From Candidatus Omnitrophota bacterium (GTDB taxonomy: Bacteria; Omnitrophota; Gorgyraeia; Duberdicusellales; Duberdicusellaceae), in the NCBI GenBank assembly GCA_016932855.1, contig JAFGCB010000025.1, positions 118,987-182,986 on the forward strand: a stretch of DNA of 64,000 nt, read 5' to 3'. The translations under genes and the position numbers were made by a program. The notes below the pieces were generated by a model, which worked only from the letters and a program-made list of their open reading frames with translations, ran no database searches and was not told the origin of the DNA. Positions 47,707-57,243 of the stretch are shown here, one piece after another (the first letter of the stretch is position 1; the number at the start of each line of letters is the position of its first letter).

Positions 47707-48336
47707 ATGAAAAATGTTATGCGAACAGTTTTTGTTGTTCTTTTCCTAAGTTCTGGCGTTATCTTCGCTTTGGCCGAGACCGTTGCTGAAAAATCCTCTT
47801 TACCGGATATTTCAATCGAGGGCATTCTTTTTGATGAAAACAATCCAATGGTTGTAATCAACGGCAGGACTTTACGGATAGGCGATAATATCGAAGGGGC
47901 TGAAATAGTAGAGATTACCGAAAACGGGGTAAAGTTTGACTTTCAGGGGAATTTCTATACAAAGACGCTCAATGTCGGAAAGCCCGGTCCGGTGATACGC
48001 AAACAGGAAAGTTTTTTTGAGAAGGTTAAGAAAAGTTTGAGTAAATTCTTTACCAAAGAAAAAAGCCCTACGGAACAAATAAACGCTTCGAAAGTATCGC
48101 GGTTTCAAAGACACAAGGAACTGGCTTACCGCTATTCGCGGGATGCTCAAAAAAGATCTCGTTCTGACCCCGTGGGGGCTGCGGCCTTGTATGGAAAAGC
48201 GCACCGGGAAGCTCAGATGGCTTACAAGGCTGTTCCCGGTAAAGGTAAATATGCCGATATTGAGAGGAAGAAAATGTTTAACTTAGCCAACGATTGCTTG
48301 GAACAGCAGGAAGCTTGTCAAAGATTAATGCGGTAA
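47707..48336 (+). CDS. secreted protein with PilP/GspC-like beta domain and basic C-terminal tail
   Basis: 209 aa; signal peptide (MKNVMRTVFVVLFLSSGVIFALA), segment L..ISIEGILFDENNPMVVINGRTLRIGDNIEGAEIVEITENGVKFDFQGNFY resembling the GspC-HR/PilP small beta domain, then a K/R-rich tail; 14 nt after PilZ. Confidence 0.4.
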   Translation: MKNVMRTVFVVLFLSSGVIFALAETVAEKSSLPDISIEGILFDENNPMVVINGRTLRIGDNIEGAEIVEITENGVKFDFQGNFYTKTLNVGKPGPVIRKQESFFEKVKKSLSKFFTKEKSPTEQINASKVSRFQRHKELAYRYSRDAQKRSRSDPVGAAALYGKAHREAQMAYKAVPGKGKYADIERKKMFNLANDCLEQQEACQRLMR

Positions 48337-48345
48337 ATCTACTCG

Positions 48346-48624
48346 TTGTTACAGAACTTAAGCAAGGAGGGTTATATGTTGGAAAATATCCCTTATGGCG
48401 AATATCTCGCCGGTTACATCGGAAATATAGTTTTGGTTTCATATTCAATGGCTGCGATGTTCAGTATCTTAGTTTTGGTTGTTTTGGAGATGACCGGGGA
48501 TAAGCTGAACCGCTTGGTGAAACGCATTTTTAGCGTAATCGCCTGGTTTAGCTTAATTTTTATTTTGTCCTACTGGGTCGGGAGTATTATACATACTTTA
48601 ATTGCCGCAGGCGGAAAAAGCTGA
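48346..48624 (+). CDS. small membrane protein (2 TM)
   Basis: 92 aa; two hydrophobic helices; GGAGG ribosome-binding site upstream. Confidence 0.45.
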   Translation: MLQNLSKEGYMLENIPYGEYLAGYIGNIVLVSYSMAAMFSILVLVVLEMTGDKLNRLVKRIFSVIAWFSLIFILSYWVGSIIHTLIAAGGKS

Positions 48625-48688
48625 ATGGCCGTCGTTGTATTGTTAATAAACTTTCTTTGATAGTCTAGGGTTTATTCTTTATCACAAA

Positions 48689-49012
48689 ATGTTTAAATTT
48701 AAAAAAACGGTCCGATTTTACCCTTTTATTTTTATTTTGGCCGCCAGCTTTGCCTTTGCTGAAAACGACAAAAAAGAGGATGTGCCTCCAGGAATGGAAG
48801 TAATTGAGGTGGGACAAACCAAAGTTGTTGTGCCTAAAGATTCGCAAATCCGTAAAGAAGGCGGATTGATAATACTTGAAAGCCCCAATCAATACGTGGC
48901 CAGGCGGCTCGTAGATTTTGACCAGCGTCTTTCGCTTCTAGAAAAACAAACACTAGAGCTTAAAAACCAGATTGGCCAGTTAGAAAAAGCTCTGGAAGAC
49001 GTAAAAGAATAA
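48689..49012 (+). CDS. small secreted coiled-coil protein
   Basis: 107 aa; signal peptide (FIFILAASFAFA), C-terminal heptad-like LLEKQTLELKNQIGQLEKALEDV. Confidence 0.45.
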   Translation: MFKFKKTVRFYPFIFILAASFAFAENDKKEDVPPGMEVIEVGQTKVVVPKDSQIRKEGGLIILESPNQYVARRLVDFDQRLSLLEKQTLELKNQIGQLEKALEDVKE

Positions 49013-49045
49013 CCGCTAAAGAAACAAACTAAATAAGGAGTTGTA

Positions 49046-49519
49046 ATGTCTGAGGATTTAAACAAGGAGAACATCGCTGCTGATTCTAGCAAGGATATTT
49101 TGAAGCGCCTTCTTGAAAATATCCAAAAATTTGTGACCAGGGCCAGTCTCCACACGGGATATTCCACACGAACCATGTCCTTTAACGTCTTTGGCCAGCA
49201 AACCTGGTGGCATATGGGAAATATCGGAGGAATGAATGTAGCCCAAGTCGTATGCAGATGTGAAATCACCAATATAACAAACAGCTTTGACGTAAGGCCG
49301 ATAAGCGCTATTTTAAAAGCCACGAACACTTACGGGATAGTTGGCGTAAACTCTGAAAACGGCGTTGTGTCTGTGCATTGGACTCTTCAGGCCGGTTTCG
49401 AATTTTGGGTGACCAAGCCGTTTAAGAAAAAAAGTCAGAGTTTTATATCGGATATTCTGGTGTACGATCAGTTCAGCAATCGTCATATAATAAAAGGAGT
49501 TAAATTTGAATACCGTTAA
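49046..49519 (+). CDS. hypothetical protein, no recognisable domain
   Basis: 157 aa; AGGAG ribosome-binding site upstream; Trp/Gly-rich core; no TM or signal peptide. Confidence 0.45.
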   Translation: MSEDLNKENIAADSSKDILKRLLENIQKFVTRASLHTGYSTRTMSFNVFGQQTWWHMGNIGGMNVAQVVCRCEITNITNSFDVRPISAILKATNTYGIVGVNSENGVVSVHWTLQAGFEFWVTKPFKKKSQSFISDILVYDQFSNRHIIKGVKFEYR

Positions 49520-49619
49520 AATTCGCCTTTTATTGATACCGAAATTATACTTTAACGGTAAAATTCTTTCGTTTAAAAATTGAGTTTTTTGTGTTATTAT
49601 TACATCAACAAGCTAAGCT

Positions 49620-50006
49620 ATGCTATTCTGGAAAAAAAAGAAAAAAATATTGATAATCGAGGATAACGAAGATTTAGTTATCTTTTTGAAAAAAATCCTC
49701 GAATCCGAGGGCTATACGGTTTTTTCGGTTACTCGCGGAGAAGGGGCTATAGATCTTGCCATAGCTAACAAGCCCGACGTAATACTTTTAGACATACTTT
49801 TGCCTGATATTCCCGGAGCAGAGGTAGAGCGTTTATTAAAAGAGGCTCCTCCTACCCGCAACATCCCGATAGTATATATGACTGCCTTGGTAAGCAGAGA
49901 AGATGAAGAAAACTCCAAACGGCCTGAGAGTACCCGCCTTTTATTAGCTAAACCCGTTACTAAAGATAGGCTTCTTCAGGCAATACGCAGCGCCGTCGCA
50001 AAATAA
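49620..50006 (+). CDS. single-domain response regulator (CheY-like receiver)
   Basis: 128 aa; ILIIEDNEDL..., D.ILLD (phospho-Asp), conserved T and K positions. Confidence 0.8.
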   Translation: MLFWKKKKKILIIEDNEDLVIFLKKILESEGYTVFSVTRGEGAIDLAIANKPDVILLDILLPDIPGAEVERLLKEAPPTRNIPIVYMTALVSREDEENSKRPESTRLLLAKPVTKDRLLQAIRSAVAK

Positions 50007-50063
50007 ACTAATTACGGACATTCCTTCCGATAAAATATTAATTGACTGAAAACTGGGTTAAAA

Positions 50064-50432
50064 TTAGGAAATTGCGGAGTTTATCACGGTGACCAATTCA
50101 CTCAGCCTAACTGGTTTAGTGAGTATTTTGTGGTCGTGGGGGTTAAGTCCTGCTTTTTCTATTTCGTCGTAGGATATTAAGGCTGTCACAAAAATAAAGG
50201 GTATGTTTTGCGTTTCTTTATTTTTTTTAAGTTCAATCGCAAGCTGAGATCCGTTTATTTCCGGCATCAATATGTCGAGAAGAATCAAGTCCGGTTGAAA
50301 CCGGGTAATTTCTTTGAAGCTTTCTTTAGCGTTGGAACATACCGCTACTGAAAACTTCCCGACTTTTTCCAATCCTTTCTTTACAAAAAAACAGAAATCT
50401 TTTTCGTCGTCAATAATAAGAACTTTTTTCAT
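50064..50432 (-). CDS. single-domain response regulator (CheY-like receiver)
   Basis: 122 aa; KVLIIDDEKDF, PDLILLDILMP, K at the expected position; 4-nt overlap with the upstream hybrid kinase. Confidence 0.8.
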   Translation of the reverse strand: MKKVLIIDDEKDFCFFVKKGLEKVGKFSVAVCSNAKESFKEITRFQPDLILLDILMPEINGSQLAIELKKNKETQNIPFIFVTALISYDEIEKAGLNPHDHKILTKPVRLSELVTVINSAIS

Positions 50433-51589
50433 TCTTTGTTTTTTCGGGTTAAAGGCAGGATTATTCTGACTTCCGTACCTTTGCTGATTTTGCTTTCGAT
50501 AAGCAGGTTACCGTTGTGGTTATCGAGGATAGTCTTTGCGATTGATAATCCTAAACCTGTGCCTTTCTTGTCTCGCTTGGTCGTAAAAAAAGGTTCAAAA
50601 AGCTTTGGCAGCATATCTTGGGAAATGCCTTGTCCTGTATCTTTAATTTTTATAAAGCAGGATGATTGGCCGGTATTTTGGTCATTAATCCAAGTGCCGG
50701 TAGTGATTGTGATCGTACCGCCTTGAGGCATCGATTCAACGGCATTCATCAAAATATTAAATAAAACCTGCTGTATTTGATTTTTATCAGCGTTAATGCC
50801 GATATCTTGATCAAACTCCGTTTTTATTTCAATATTTTTTAAGGGACAACGGTATTTCATAAGAGCGAGAGTTTCATTTATTATATCTTCCGGTTTAAGC
50901 AGAGTGAATTCGGCCTCCGAGGGTTTAGCGAATTTTAAAAGGCCTTGTATAATCGAATCCGCTCTTAGGGTAGCTTCTTTTATTTTCGTCATCGCCATTT
51001 TGGTGTCTCCGCTGGCGTTAGAAAGGGTCAATTCCAAGAACTCTATTCCGCCGAGGATTACCGCCAGGGGGTTTTTTACTTCATGAGCTATTCCCGAAGA
51101 AAAAGTTCCCAGTGCCGCAAGTTTCTCCGATTGAATTAATTCTTTTTGGGTTTCTTTTAGTTTACTATACGCCTCGCTTACTTCTGTTTCGAGGCGTTCC
51201 TTGTCTTTTTTCATCCTGTATTTGTCAAGGGATTTCTCAATAACCGCTTGTAAAGTTTCTCCGTAAGCGACATCCTTAACCACGTAATCGTACGCACCTT
51301 CCTTCATAAAGTCGACCGCTACCTTTTCGCTGCCTGACGCCGTAACTACAATAAACGGAATATCTATTTCTGCCTTTCGTAATTCGCGCAGCACATCCAG
51401 GCCGGTTAAATCCGGCATACGATAATCACAGAGGATTACATGCGGCCTTTCTTCGATCGCCTTCTTCAACCCTTCGCGAGAATCAGATACAAAATCAGCC
51501 TGATAATTGTTATCGACTTGCTCTAGAATCGTTTTTGTAAGAAAAGCGTGGTCTTTCTCGTCGTCGATTATTAATATCTTTACTGGCAT
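50429..51589 (-). CDS. hybrid response regulator-histidine kinase (REC-HisKA-HATPase_c), cytoplasmic
   Basis: 386 aa; N-terminal REC (ILIIDDEKDHAF...ILCDYRMPD), H-box GIAHEVKNPL, G-box GTGLGLSIAK; no TM. Confidence 0.85.
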   Translation of the reverse strand: MPVKILIIDDEKDHAFLTKTILEQVDNNYQADFVSDSREGLKKAIEERPHVILCDYRMPDLTGLDVLRELRKAEIDIPFIVVTASGSEKVAVDFMKEGAYDYVVKDVAYGETLQAVIEKSLDKYRMKKDKERLETEVSEAYSKLKETQKELIQSEKLAALGTFSSGIAHEVKNPLAVILGGIEFLELTLSNASGDTKMAMTKIKEATLRADSIIQGLLKFAKPSEAEFTLLKPEDIINETLALMKYRCPLKNIEIKTEFDQDIGINADKNQIQQVLFNILMNAVESMPQGGTITITTGTWINDQNTGQSSCFIKIKDTGQGISQDMLPKLFEPFFTTKRDKKGTGLGLSIAKTILDNHNGNLLIESKISKGTEVRIILPLTRKNKE

Positions 51590-51843
51590 ATAAAATTCTC
51601 CTTTACTTTAAACGCTGTACGCATATTATACATTTCCGGCCGCAAATTAACAATAATTAGTTTCTTTAAAAAAAGGGGGCTTTTATTTATTCCGCCGGCG
51701 AGAATAGAAAGAAAATAGAAGCGCCTTTTCTTCGGCTGCGAACCATGCATTTTTATGGCTCCGTTTGCCAGGTTTTAGCGATAATTTTATTGAAAAATGT
51801 TACTGAAGTGATAGAATGCAAATAGAGATATAGACAATAAGGT

Positions 51844-52185
51844 TTGATTATGAGTATAGTAGTCATTCGCAATACACTGCGAAAATTGTTTTCCCAACAT
51901 TTAGAAAGCCTTAAGGATTTTCAGTTTTCTTTTCGCAACCATCTATTCTGGATTTTTGTTCTTGTTTTATTCGTTATTCTGACACGTTTTTGGAAAGCCA
52001 AAAAAGCCTTTTCTTTTTGTTTCGTAACAGTTGCCCTTCTTTTGCTTACCACTAAAGCCGAAGAACTCCTGGGTGCCTGGCTTACTAATTCCGGTGAAAC
52101 TTTTGATCCTTTGCTCATTAGAGCAGTATCTGCTTTTTTGATTTTCATCATATTTTTTTATTATTCAATAATACGAGAAGAATAA
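51844..52185 (+). CDS. small polytopic membrane protein
   Basis: 113 aa; three predicted hydrophobic helices. Confidence 0.4.
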   Translation: MIMSIVVIRNTLRKLFSQHLESLKDFQFSFRNHLFWIFVLVLFVILTRFWKAKKAFSFCFVTVALLLLTTKAEELLGAWLTNSGETFDPLLIRAVSAFLIFIIFFYYSIIREE

Positions 52186-52221
52186 AAACCTTTGTTTTAT
52201 CAGATTCGTTGAGGAGAAGAA

Positions 52222-52602
52222 ATGGGCGATCTTTTCGATAATACAGAAAATTTATTTGTTAAATTAGCTAAATTTGAAGAGGTTTATCATCAGCTTAAAG
52301 ATGCAATTATCGAATGGACCGAGAAAGGTCAAGGCGTATATCATTGGACAGACGCCGATTCTAAGCAGTACGAACATAAGGCAAGCATGAAGCAAAACGG
52401 AGCCCTCATAAGATGCAGTAATCCTCGGTGCCGCCAGGGCGGATTCAATCTGGAACAGGAGCTTTCCTCGTTAGCCGTGGGCAAACAGAAAAAAATTAAG
52501 AATTTTAAAAAATGCATGGGTTTCGAGCAGGCAACGCCCGGTCAAAACCGGATAAACTGTCTGAACGGCATAGATTATAAGATAACCCTTGTTTACAAAT
52601 AA
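52222..52602 (+). CDS. hypothetical Cys-cluster (zinc-ribbon-like) protein
   Basis: 126 aa; CSNPRC...C...C arrangement; no other motif. Confidence 0.4.
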   Translation: MGDLFDNTENLFVKLAKFEEVYHQLKDAIIEWTEKGQGVYHWTDADSKQYEHKASMKQNGALIRCSNPRCRQGGFNLEQELSSLAVGKQKKIKNFKKCMGFEQATPGQNRINCLNGIDYKITLVYK

Positions 52603-52629
52603 AAGTTTCATTACCTTGATAGTTTTTCA

Positions 52630-52968
52630 ATGCAGGAAAGACGAAGATTCGTAAGAATACCTGAACGGCTGGCTATAGCCTATAAAATTCTGCCCAGCGA
52701 CAAACCAGCCGGGTTTCTTACCAAAAACATAAGCCAGGCAGGATTAAGGTTTTTCGTTCATGATTTCGTTAAACCCGCTAGCCTTTTGGAAGTAAGGGTT
52801 AGTTTTGAAAAAGTACGCTTTTCTTTGGAAGCGATTGCTCGGGTTGTCTGGGTTGAAAAAGAGGCTCATAGCGAGCGCTATGAAGTCGGCGTGGAATTTG
52901 CAACAATATCGAAAAAAGCTGCGTCTCAGCTTATTTCCTACATTGAAACAATCCTGAAAACCAAGTAG
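52630..52968 (+). CDS. PilZ-domain c-di-GMP-binding protein
   Basis: 112 aa; RRRFVR (RxxxR) and NISQAG (variant DxSxGG). Confidence 0.75.
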   Translation: MQERRRFVRIPERLAIAYKILPSDKPAGFLTKNISQAGLRFFVHDFVKPASLLEVRVSFEKVRFSLEAIARVVWVEKEAHSERYEVGVEFATISKKAASQLISYIETILKTK

Positions 52969-53036
52969 TCCTTACCCGCCTTACTCTGTCATTTTTTTAA
53001 AGCGGTTTTAGCTGGTATTTCAGGCAATATAGACCT

Positions 53037-54224
53037 ATGGAGCAAACAAAAAGAATTCTTCTTATTTGCAGGGATAAAAATCTTAACGAAATTATCTATT
53101 TTTGCCTTGAAGGCTGGGGATATGAGGTGTGCATACTGGCCGATGAAGTCATATTCCTTGAGCAAATTAAAAAAACAGAACCGGATTTGTTGATTGTTGA
53201 CTTTCCGCATCCTTATAAGGAACGCCTGAATTTTTGTCAGCAAATAAAGAACGATTTCATCACTAAATCGATTCCGGTTGTCGTATTAATTGACAGGCGT
53301 CAGCTGCGCAAACATCTTCTTTCTCTGGAGCATGGGATAGACGACTATCTTTTAAAGCCGCCTGACCCCCTCGATCTAAGGGTTAGAGTCGAGATGGCCA
53401 TGCGACGCACTCAGTATAGTTTTTACACTAACTCTTTGACTAATCTTCCCGGGGGAAGGATAATCGAAGAGATTCTTAAAGAAAAAATTTCGAAAAAAGA
53501 GAAATTTTCTTCAGCCCATATTGATATCGATAATTTTAAGTATTTTAATGACCGGTACGGTTACCTGAAAGGGGATCGAGCAATAACACAAACTGCATAT
53601 ATTTTGCATCAGACAGTGCAACGCTTCGGCACGAACAAAGATTTCATCGGCCATATCGGAGGAGACGATTTTGTTTTCATAACGTCGCTTGATGAAGAAG
53701 AGGCTGTGGCTTCGGAATTTATCCGGCAGTTTGATCGCCTTATCCCTTTGCATTATTCAAAAGAGGATCGCGTACGCGGTTATATTAATATCGAGGATAG
53801 ATTAGGGGCTGAGCGTAAAATACCCCTTATGAGTGTTTCAGTCGCAATCGTAAATAATAGAGGTGCGGACTTTAGCAATACTGTTCAGATAAACGAAGCT
53901 TTGGCCAGTCTTAAATCCTATCTTAAAAAAATGCCCGGAAGTAATTTTATGGTCGACAGAAGATTGGCGGATAAGGGAATAAATAAAAGGTCCGAAGCCC
54001 AGACATTTTTGAAAGCTTGCCGGCGGAAGGTTTGTCGAGGAAAGAACACCAAGCCCTTGGGGCAAATCCTGCTTGATAAAGGGATACTGAACAGCGATAC
54101 TCTTGAAAAAAACCTGGATATACATTTTCGACGAGGTCTTCCTTTAGGCGAAGTCCTAAAAGACAGCGGCGTAATCGATGGCCGCGAGCTTGCAGCTGTT
54201 TTATCCTGGCAGCAGCGATCTTAA
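53037..54224 (+). CDS. receiver - degenerate GGDEF (GGDDF) - MshEN-like c-di-GMP-binding domain protein
   Basis: 395 aa; REC-like N-terminus (LLIVDF phospho-Asp region), GGDEF fold with GGDDF in place of GG[DE]EF and no RxxD I-site, C-terminal tandem MshEN motifs PLGQILLDKGILNSDTLEKNL.. and PLGEVLKDSGVIDGRELAAVLSWQ. Confidence 0.7.
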   Translation: MEQTKRILLICRDKNLNEIIYFCLEGWGYEVCILADEVIFLEQIKKTEPDLLIVDFPHPYKERLNFCQQIKNDFITKSIPVVVLIDRRQLRKHLLSLEHGIDDYLLKPPDPLDLRVRVEMAMRRTQYSFYTNSLTNLPGGRIIEEILKEKISKKEKFSSAHIDIDNFKYFNDRYGYLKGDRAITQTAYILHQTVQRFGTNKDFIGHIGGDDFVFITSLDEEEAVASEFIRQFDRLIPLHYSKEDRVRGYINIEDRLGAERKIPLMSVSVAIVNNRGADFSNTVQINEALASLKSYLKKMPGSNFMVDRRLADKGINKRSEAQTFLKACRRKVCRGKNTKPLGQILLDKGILNSDTLEKNLDIHFRRGLPLGEVLKDSGVIDGRELAAVLSWQQRS

Positions 54225-54237
54225 CCTTTTAAAGATA

Positions 54238-54594
54238 GTGAATTTGTATAAAAATAGGTTAATTTTTGCATTAATTGTATTATCTGGCATTATTTGTCTA
54301 AGTTCTTGTAGTAGAACGCGGGGTTACTCTTCTACCCAAAGCGCCCTTACTGAAATTGGTTCGGCTGTAAGCCCCGGTAAATCAAAAACTTCAAAGAGTG
54401 CAGTTATTATCGAAAATATTTTAATTGATCGAAAAGACACTAAAGAAAGCGTGGAAAAGAAAATAGGCAAGCCTTCCTATATCGGCACTACTATCGAAGG
54501 TTTTCAATTCTATCGTTACGAGGATAAACACATAGAAATTTACTTTAGCGGCAATCGAGTGGTAGGTTGGAATGACCTTTATTTTCGACCGTGA
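54238..54594 (+). CDS. putative lipoprotein
   Basis: Proposed GTG start at 54238, just after the upstream stop; the track ATG at 54178 overlaps the preceding gene. Signal plus lipobox LSSC; 118 aa. Confidence 0.4.
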   Translation: MNLYKNRLIFALIVLSGIICLSSCSRTRGYSSTQSALTEIGSAVSPGKSKTSKSAVIIENILIDRKDTKESVEKKIGKPSYIGTTIEGFQFYRYEDKHIEIYFSGNRVVGWNDLYFRP

Positions 54595-54603
54595 GGGCAA
54601 AAA

Positions 54604-55884
54604 TTATTGCCCGGCCGAAAGTTTTTTGTTTAGTTGACGTGTATAATCTTTTATCCAGTAGAATTCCTTTAAAGCCTGCGGCCGGCTTGAAAAAAATATG
54701 GAATTGTTATGCAGCAGGGGATCGGCAAACATATTTTCATAATCCTTAAAAATCTTTGTTTTAGGCGTTATGGCGAATTCCGCAAGAGACACCCTGGCTC
54801 CCTGAGAATTAAGGAAATCTATCTCTTTCTTAAGTTCTTCCAAATCTTGATCAGGATAGCCTAAAAGTAAATAGAGGCTGAACTCACCGTTTTTAAACCC
54901 CGCTTTTTTTAATGTTTTCACGCCTTTTTCCACCTCGCTTAAATTTACTTTATCGCCCCATTTTTTTTGCAAGCTTGGATTCAATGTTTCCAGTCCGAAA
55001 TGTGGGTTGGTAAACCCCGTTCTTTTTAGCAGGCTGGCGGTTTCCTCATCCAGAAATCGCAAATGCAGGGCATTGGGGGTGTGAAATCTGACATTAATTT
55101 TTGCTTCTAGAATTTTTCGCAACAGGCTTTTTATGTATTTGTTTTCGTAAAGAAGGGCATCATCATAAAATACGAAATCGCCTATTCCTTTCCTGCAGTA
55201 TTTTAAAATAAACTTTATAACCTTTTCTTGGGAGATTCGGAAAAAACCATCGGATAATTCGTTTATCGCGCAATAGCTGCAGCTAAACGGGCATCCCCAG
55301 CTGGTCCGCAAAACCACGTAATCAAGCTTGTGATAAAAGTCTTCATATCGTGGTAAAGTGGAAAATAATTCTTTCGGCTCATAACCGATGTTAAAAAGTT
55401 CAAAAAAGCCGTTCAGCTTTCTGTTTTCGAACAAATAATCACACCCAATTATTGACTCTGCGTGGCTGTGACAAAGCGTGGCGTATGTGCCCCCTAATAT
55501 TATCGGGGTACCGGGATGATGCGTTTTAAGAATTTTAATGACTTCACTTATTGCCGGATACCAATAAGTCATAGAGGAGGTTATGAGTATAAAATCCGGC
55601 TTGGTCTTTTTTATTTCCGATTCGACCTCGGCTATAGTTTTTCCGTAACGCTTAAAATAGCGCGGCACCGATTCAAGAAGCTTCGGCTTAGCGATCCGCT
55701 CCGAATAGTATTTGCCTCTGCCGAACGGATCTTTAGAAATTTTTTTATCCAAGCAATCAATAAAATCGATTCTGTTTTGTTTGGTTTTTAAATAAGATAG
55801 GATCGAGAGAAATCCATACGGTTTAAGCCAAAAATCATAAGCCGCAAAATCATATATCCAGGGATTTATCGCTAAAATCCGCAT
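54604..55884 (-). CDS. B12-binding-domain radical SAM protein
   Basis: 426 aa; N-terminal cobalamin-binding-like domain, CPFSCSYC (CxxxCxxC) radical SAM cluster motif. Confidence 0.75.
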   Translation of the reverse strand: MRILAINPWIYDFAAYDFWLKPYGFLSILSYLKTKQNRIDFIDCLDKKISKDPFGRGKYYSERIAKPKLLESVPRYFKRYGKTIAEVESEIKKTKPDFILITSSMTYWYPAISEVIKILKTHHPGTPIILGGTYATLCHSHAESIIGCDYLFENRKLNGFFELFNIGYEPKELFSTLPRYEDFYHKLDYVVLRTSWGCPFSCSYCAINELSDGFFRISQEKVIKFILKYCRKGIGDFVFYDDALLYENKYIKSLLRKILEAKINVRFHTPNALHLRFLDEETASLLKRTGFTNPHFGLETLNPSLQKKWGDKVNLSEVEKGVKTLKKAGFKNGEFSLYLLLGYPDQDLEELKKEIDFLNSQGARVSLAEFAITPKTKIFKDYENMFADPLLHNNSIFFSSRPQALKEFYWIKDYTRQLNKKLSAGQ

Positions 55885-56020
55885 ATAACTCGACTTTTTG
55901 AATAAATTGCAAATTGTTTTGCCTATGCTATAATTTTTAAGAGTTTGGTTGACCTTTTAAAGGTTTCCTAAGGCGTCAAGAAAAACCGCGTCTAAAATAA
56001 AAGAACGGAGGTTTAAACAC

Positions 56021-56401
56021 ATGGGTGTGCCACGAGGATTATTGTATACTAAAGATCATGAATGGGCAAGAATCGAACAAAACAATGCTATGGTCGGGAT
56101 AACCTACTATGCGCAGTCTCATTTAGGAGATGTTACGTTTGTTGGTTTACCCCAGCTTGGCAAATCCTTTTCCCAATTCGAAACAATCGCTACCATTGAG
56201 TCAACTAAAGCGGCCGTGGAAATACACAGTCCTTTGTCGGGCAAGGTTATAAAAATAAACGAAAGCCTTACATCAAATCCTGAATTGATAAACCGGTCGC
56301 CTTACGATCAGGGTTGGCTTGCGGTCTTAGAGATCAATAGGGACAGCGAAGAAAAAAATCTTTTAACAGCCGGCCAATACGACATTTTTTTGGAAACCTG
56401 A
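56021..56401 (+). CDS. gcvH: glycine cleavage system H protein (lipoyl carrier)
   Basis: 126 aa; YTK.HEW...., G.T.YAQ..LGD, lipoyl-lysine region IESTKAA, PY..GW. Confidence 0.88.
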   Translation: MGVPRGLLYTKDHEWARIEQNNAMVGITYYAQSHLGDVTFVGLPQLGKSFSQFETIATIESTKAAVEIHSPLSGKVIKINESLTSNPELINRSPYDQGWLAVLEINRDSEEKNLLTAGQYDIFLET

Positions 56402-56427
56402 GCTGAGGCGCAGCGCAATTAAAAAAT

Positions 56428-57243
56428 ATGGCAATTTGGAGATTGATAAATTCCGGCCCGGCGAGCCCCTATGAAAATATGGCTTATGACGAGTCTTTAT
56501 TTTATAATTACGAGAGACATCAAAAGCCGACTCTCAGGATTTATTCATGGTGCTATCCGAGCTTTTCTCTGGGTTTTTCACAGAAGGCCGCTGATTCGCT
56601 CTATTTAGATCGGTTCAGGGATAAAAAAGTTTCTTTTGTCAGAAGAATAACTGCTGGTGGAATACTCTTGCACGATCACGACATTACGTACAGCGTCATC
56701 TGTTCCCAGAAAGATTTAGGCTCTTGTTTCGGTGTTAAGGAAAGCTTTAAGCATATCTGCGGCTTTCTGATTAATTTCTATGAGAAACTCGGACTTAAGG
56801 CTTATTTTTGTGGCGATGTCAACAAAAAAACCTCTGGTTTAAGCTCTGTATTTTGTCTCGATTCTTTTCAAGATTATGATATTTTAATCGGTTCTAAAAA
56901 AATCGGCGGTAACGCTCAACGTCGAAAAAAAGATTTAATTCTGCAGCACGGTTCGATTCCTTTCCGGCTTGATTTTACAAAAATTCGAGAGTTTATAAAG
57001 GGGGATTTGCCGGCCTTGGAAGCAAAAACAGCTTCTTTAAATGAGTTAATTTGCAATCAAGGCGGGCTGGATGCGCTTCTTGGTTTGTTCACGGAATCTT
57101 TTCAGGAAACTCTTTCCTGCAGGCTCGCGGAAAGCGAACCCACCGACAGCGAAACCCAATTTGCTCATTTTCTGGAAAAAGAAAAATACAGCAGTTTTTC
57201 TTGGAATGTATGCGGAATAACCCCCGCTTTAAGTTTGGTTTAA
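56428..57243 (+). CDS. lipoate-protein ligase/octanoyltransferase family protein (LipM/LplA-like BPL_LplA_LipB domain)
   Basis: 271 aa; BPL/LPL catalytic domain (RR.TAGG.L.HD.D.TYS, K..GNAQRR); position between gcvH and lipA fits the LipM-type relay. Confidence 0.7.
   Translation: MAIWRLINSGPASPYENMAYDESLFYNYERHQKPTLRIYSWCYPSFSLGFSQKAADSLYLDRFRDKKVSFVRRITAGGILLHDHDITYSVICSQKDLGSCFGVKESFKHICGFLINFYEKLGLKAYFCGDVNKKTSGLSSVFCLDSFQDYDILIGSKKIGGNAQRRKKDLILQHGSIPFRLDFTKIREFIKGDLPALEAKTASLNELICNQGGLDALLGLFTESFQETLSCRLAESEPTDSETQFAHFLEKEKYSSFSWNVCGITPALSLV

Noticed and set aside
57051-57242. N-terminal 64 codons of the track ORF for lipA
   Set aside because: LipA homology starts at MRKPGWL (ATG 57243). 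The upstream part overlaps the LipM-like gene in another frame and has no homology.
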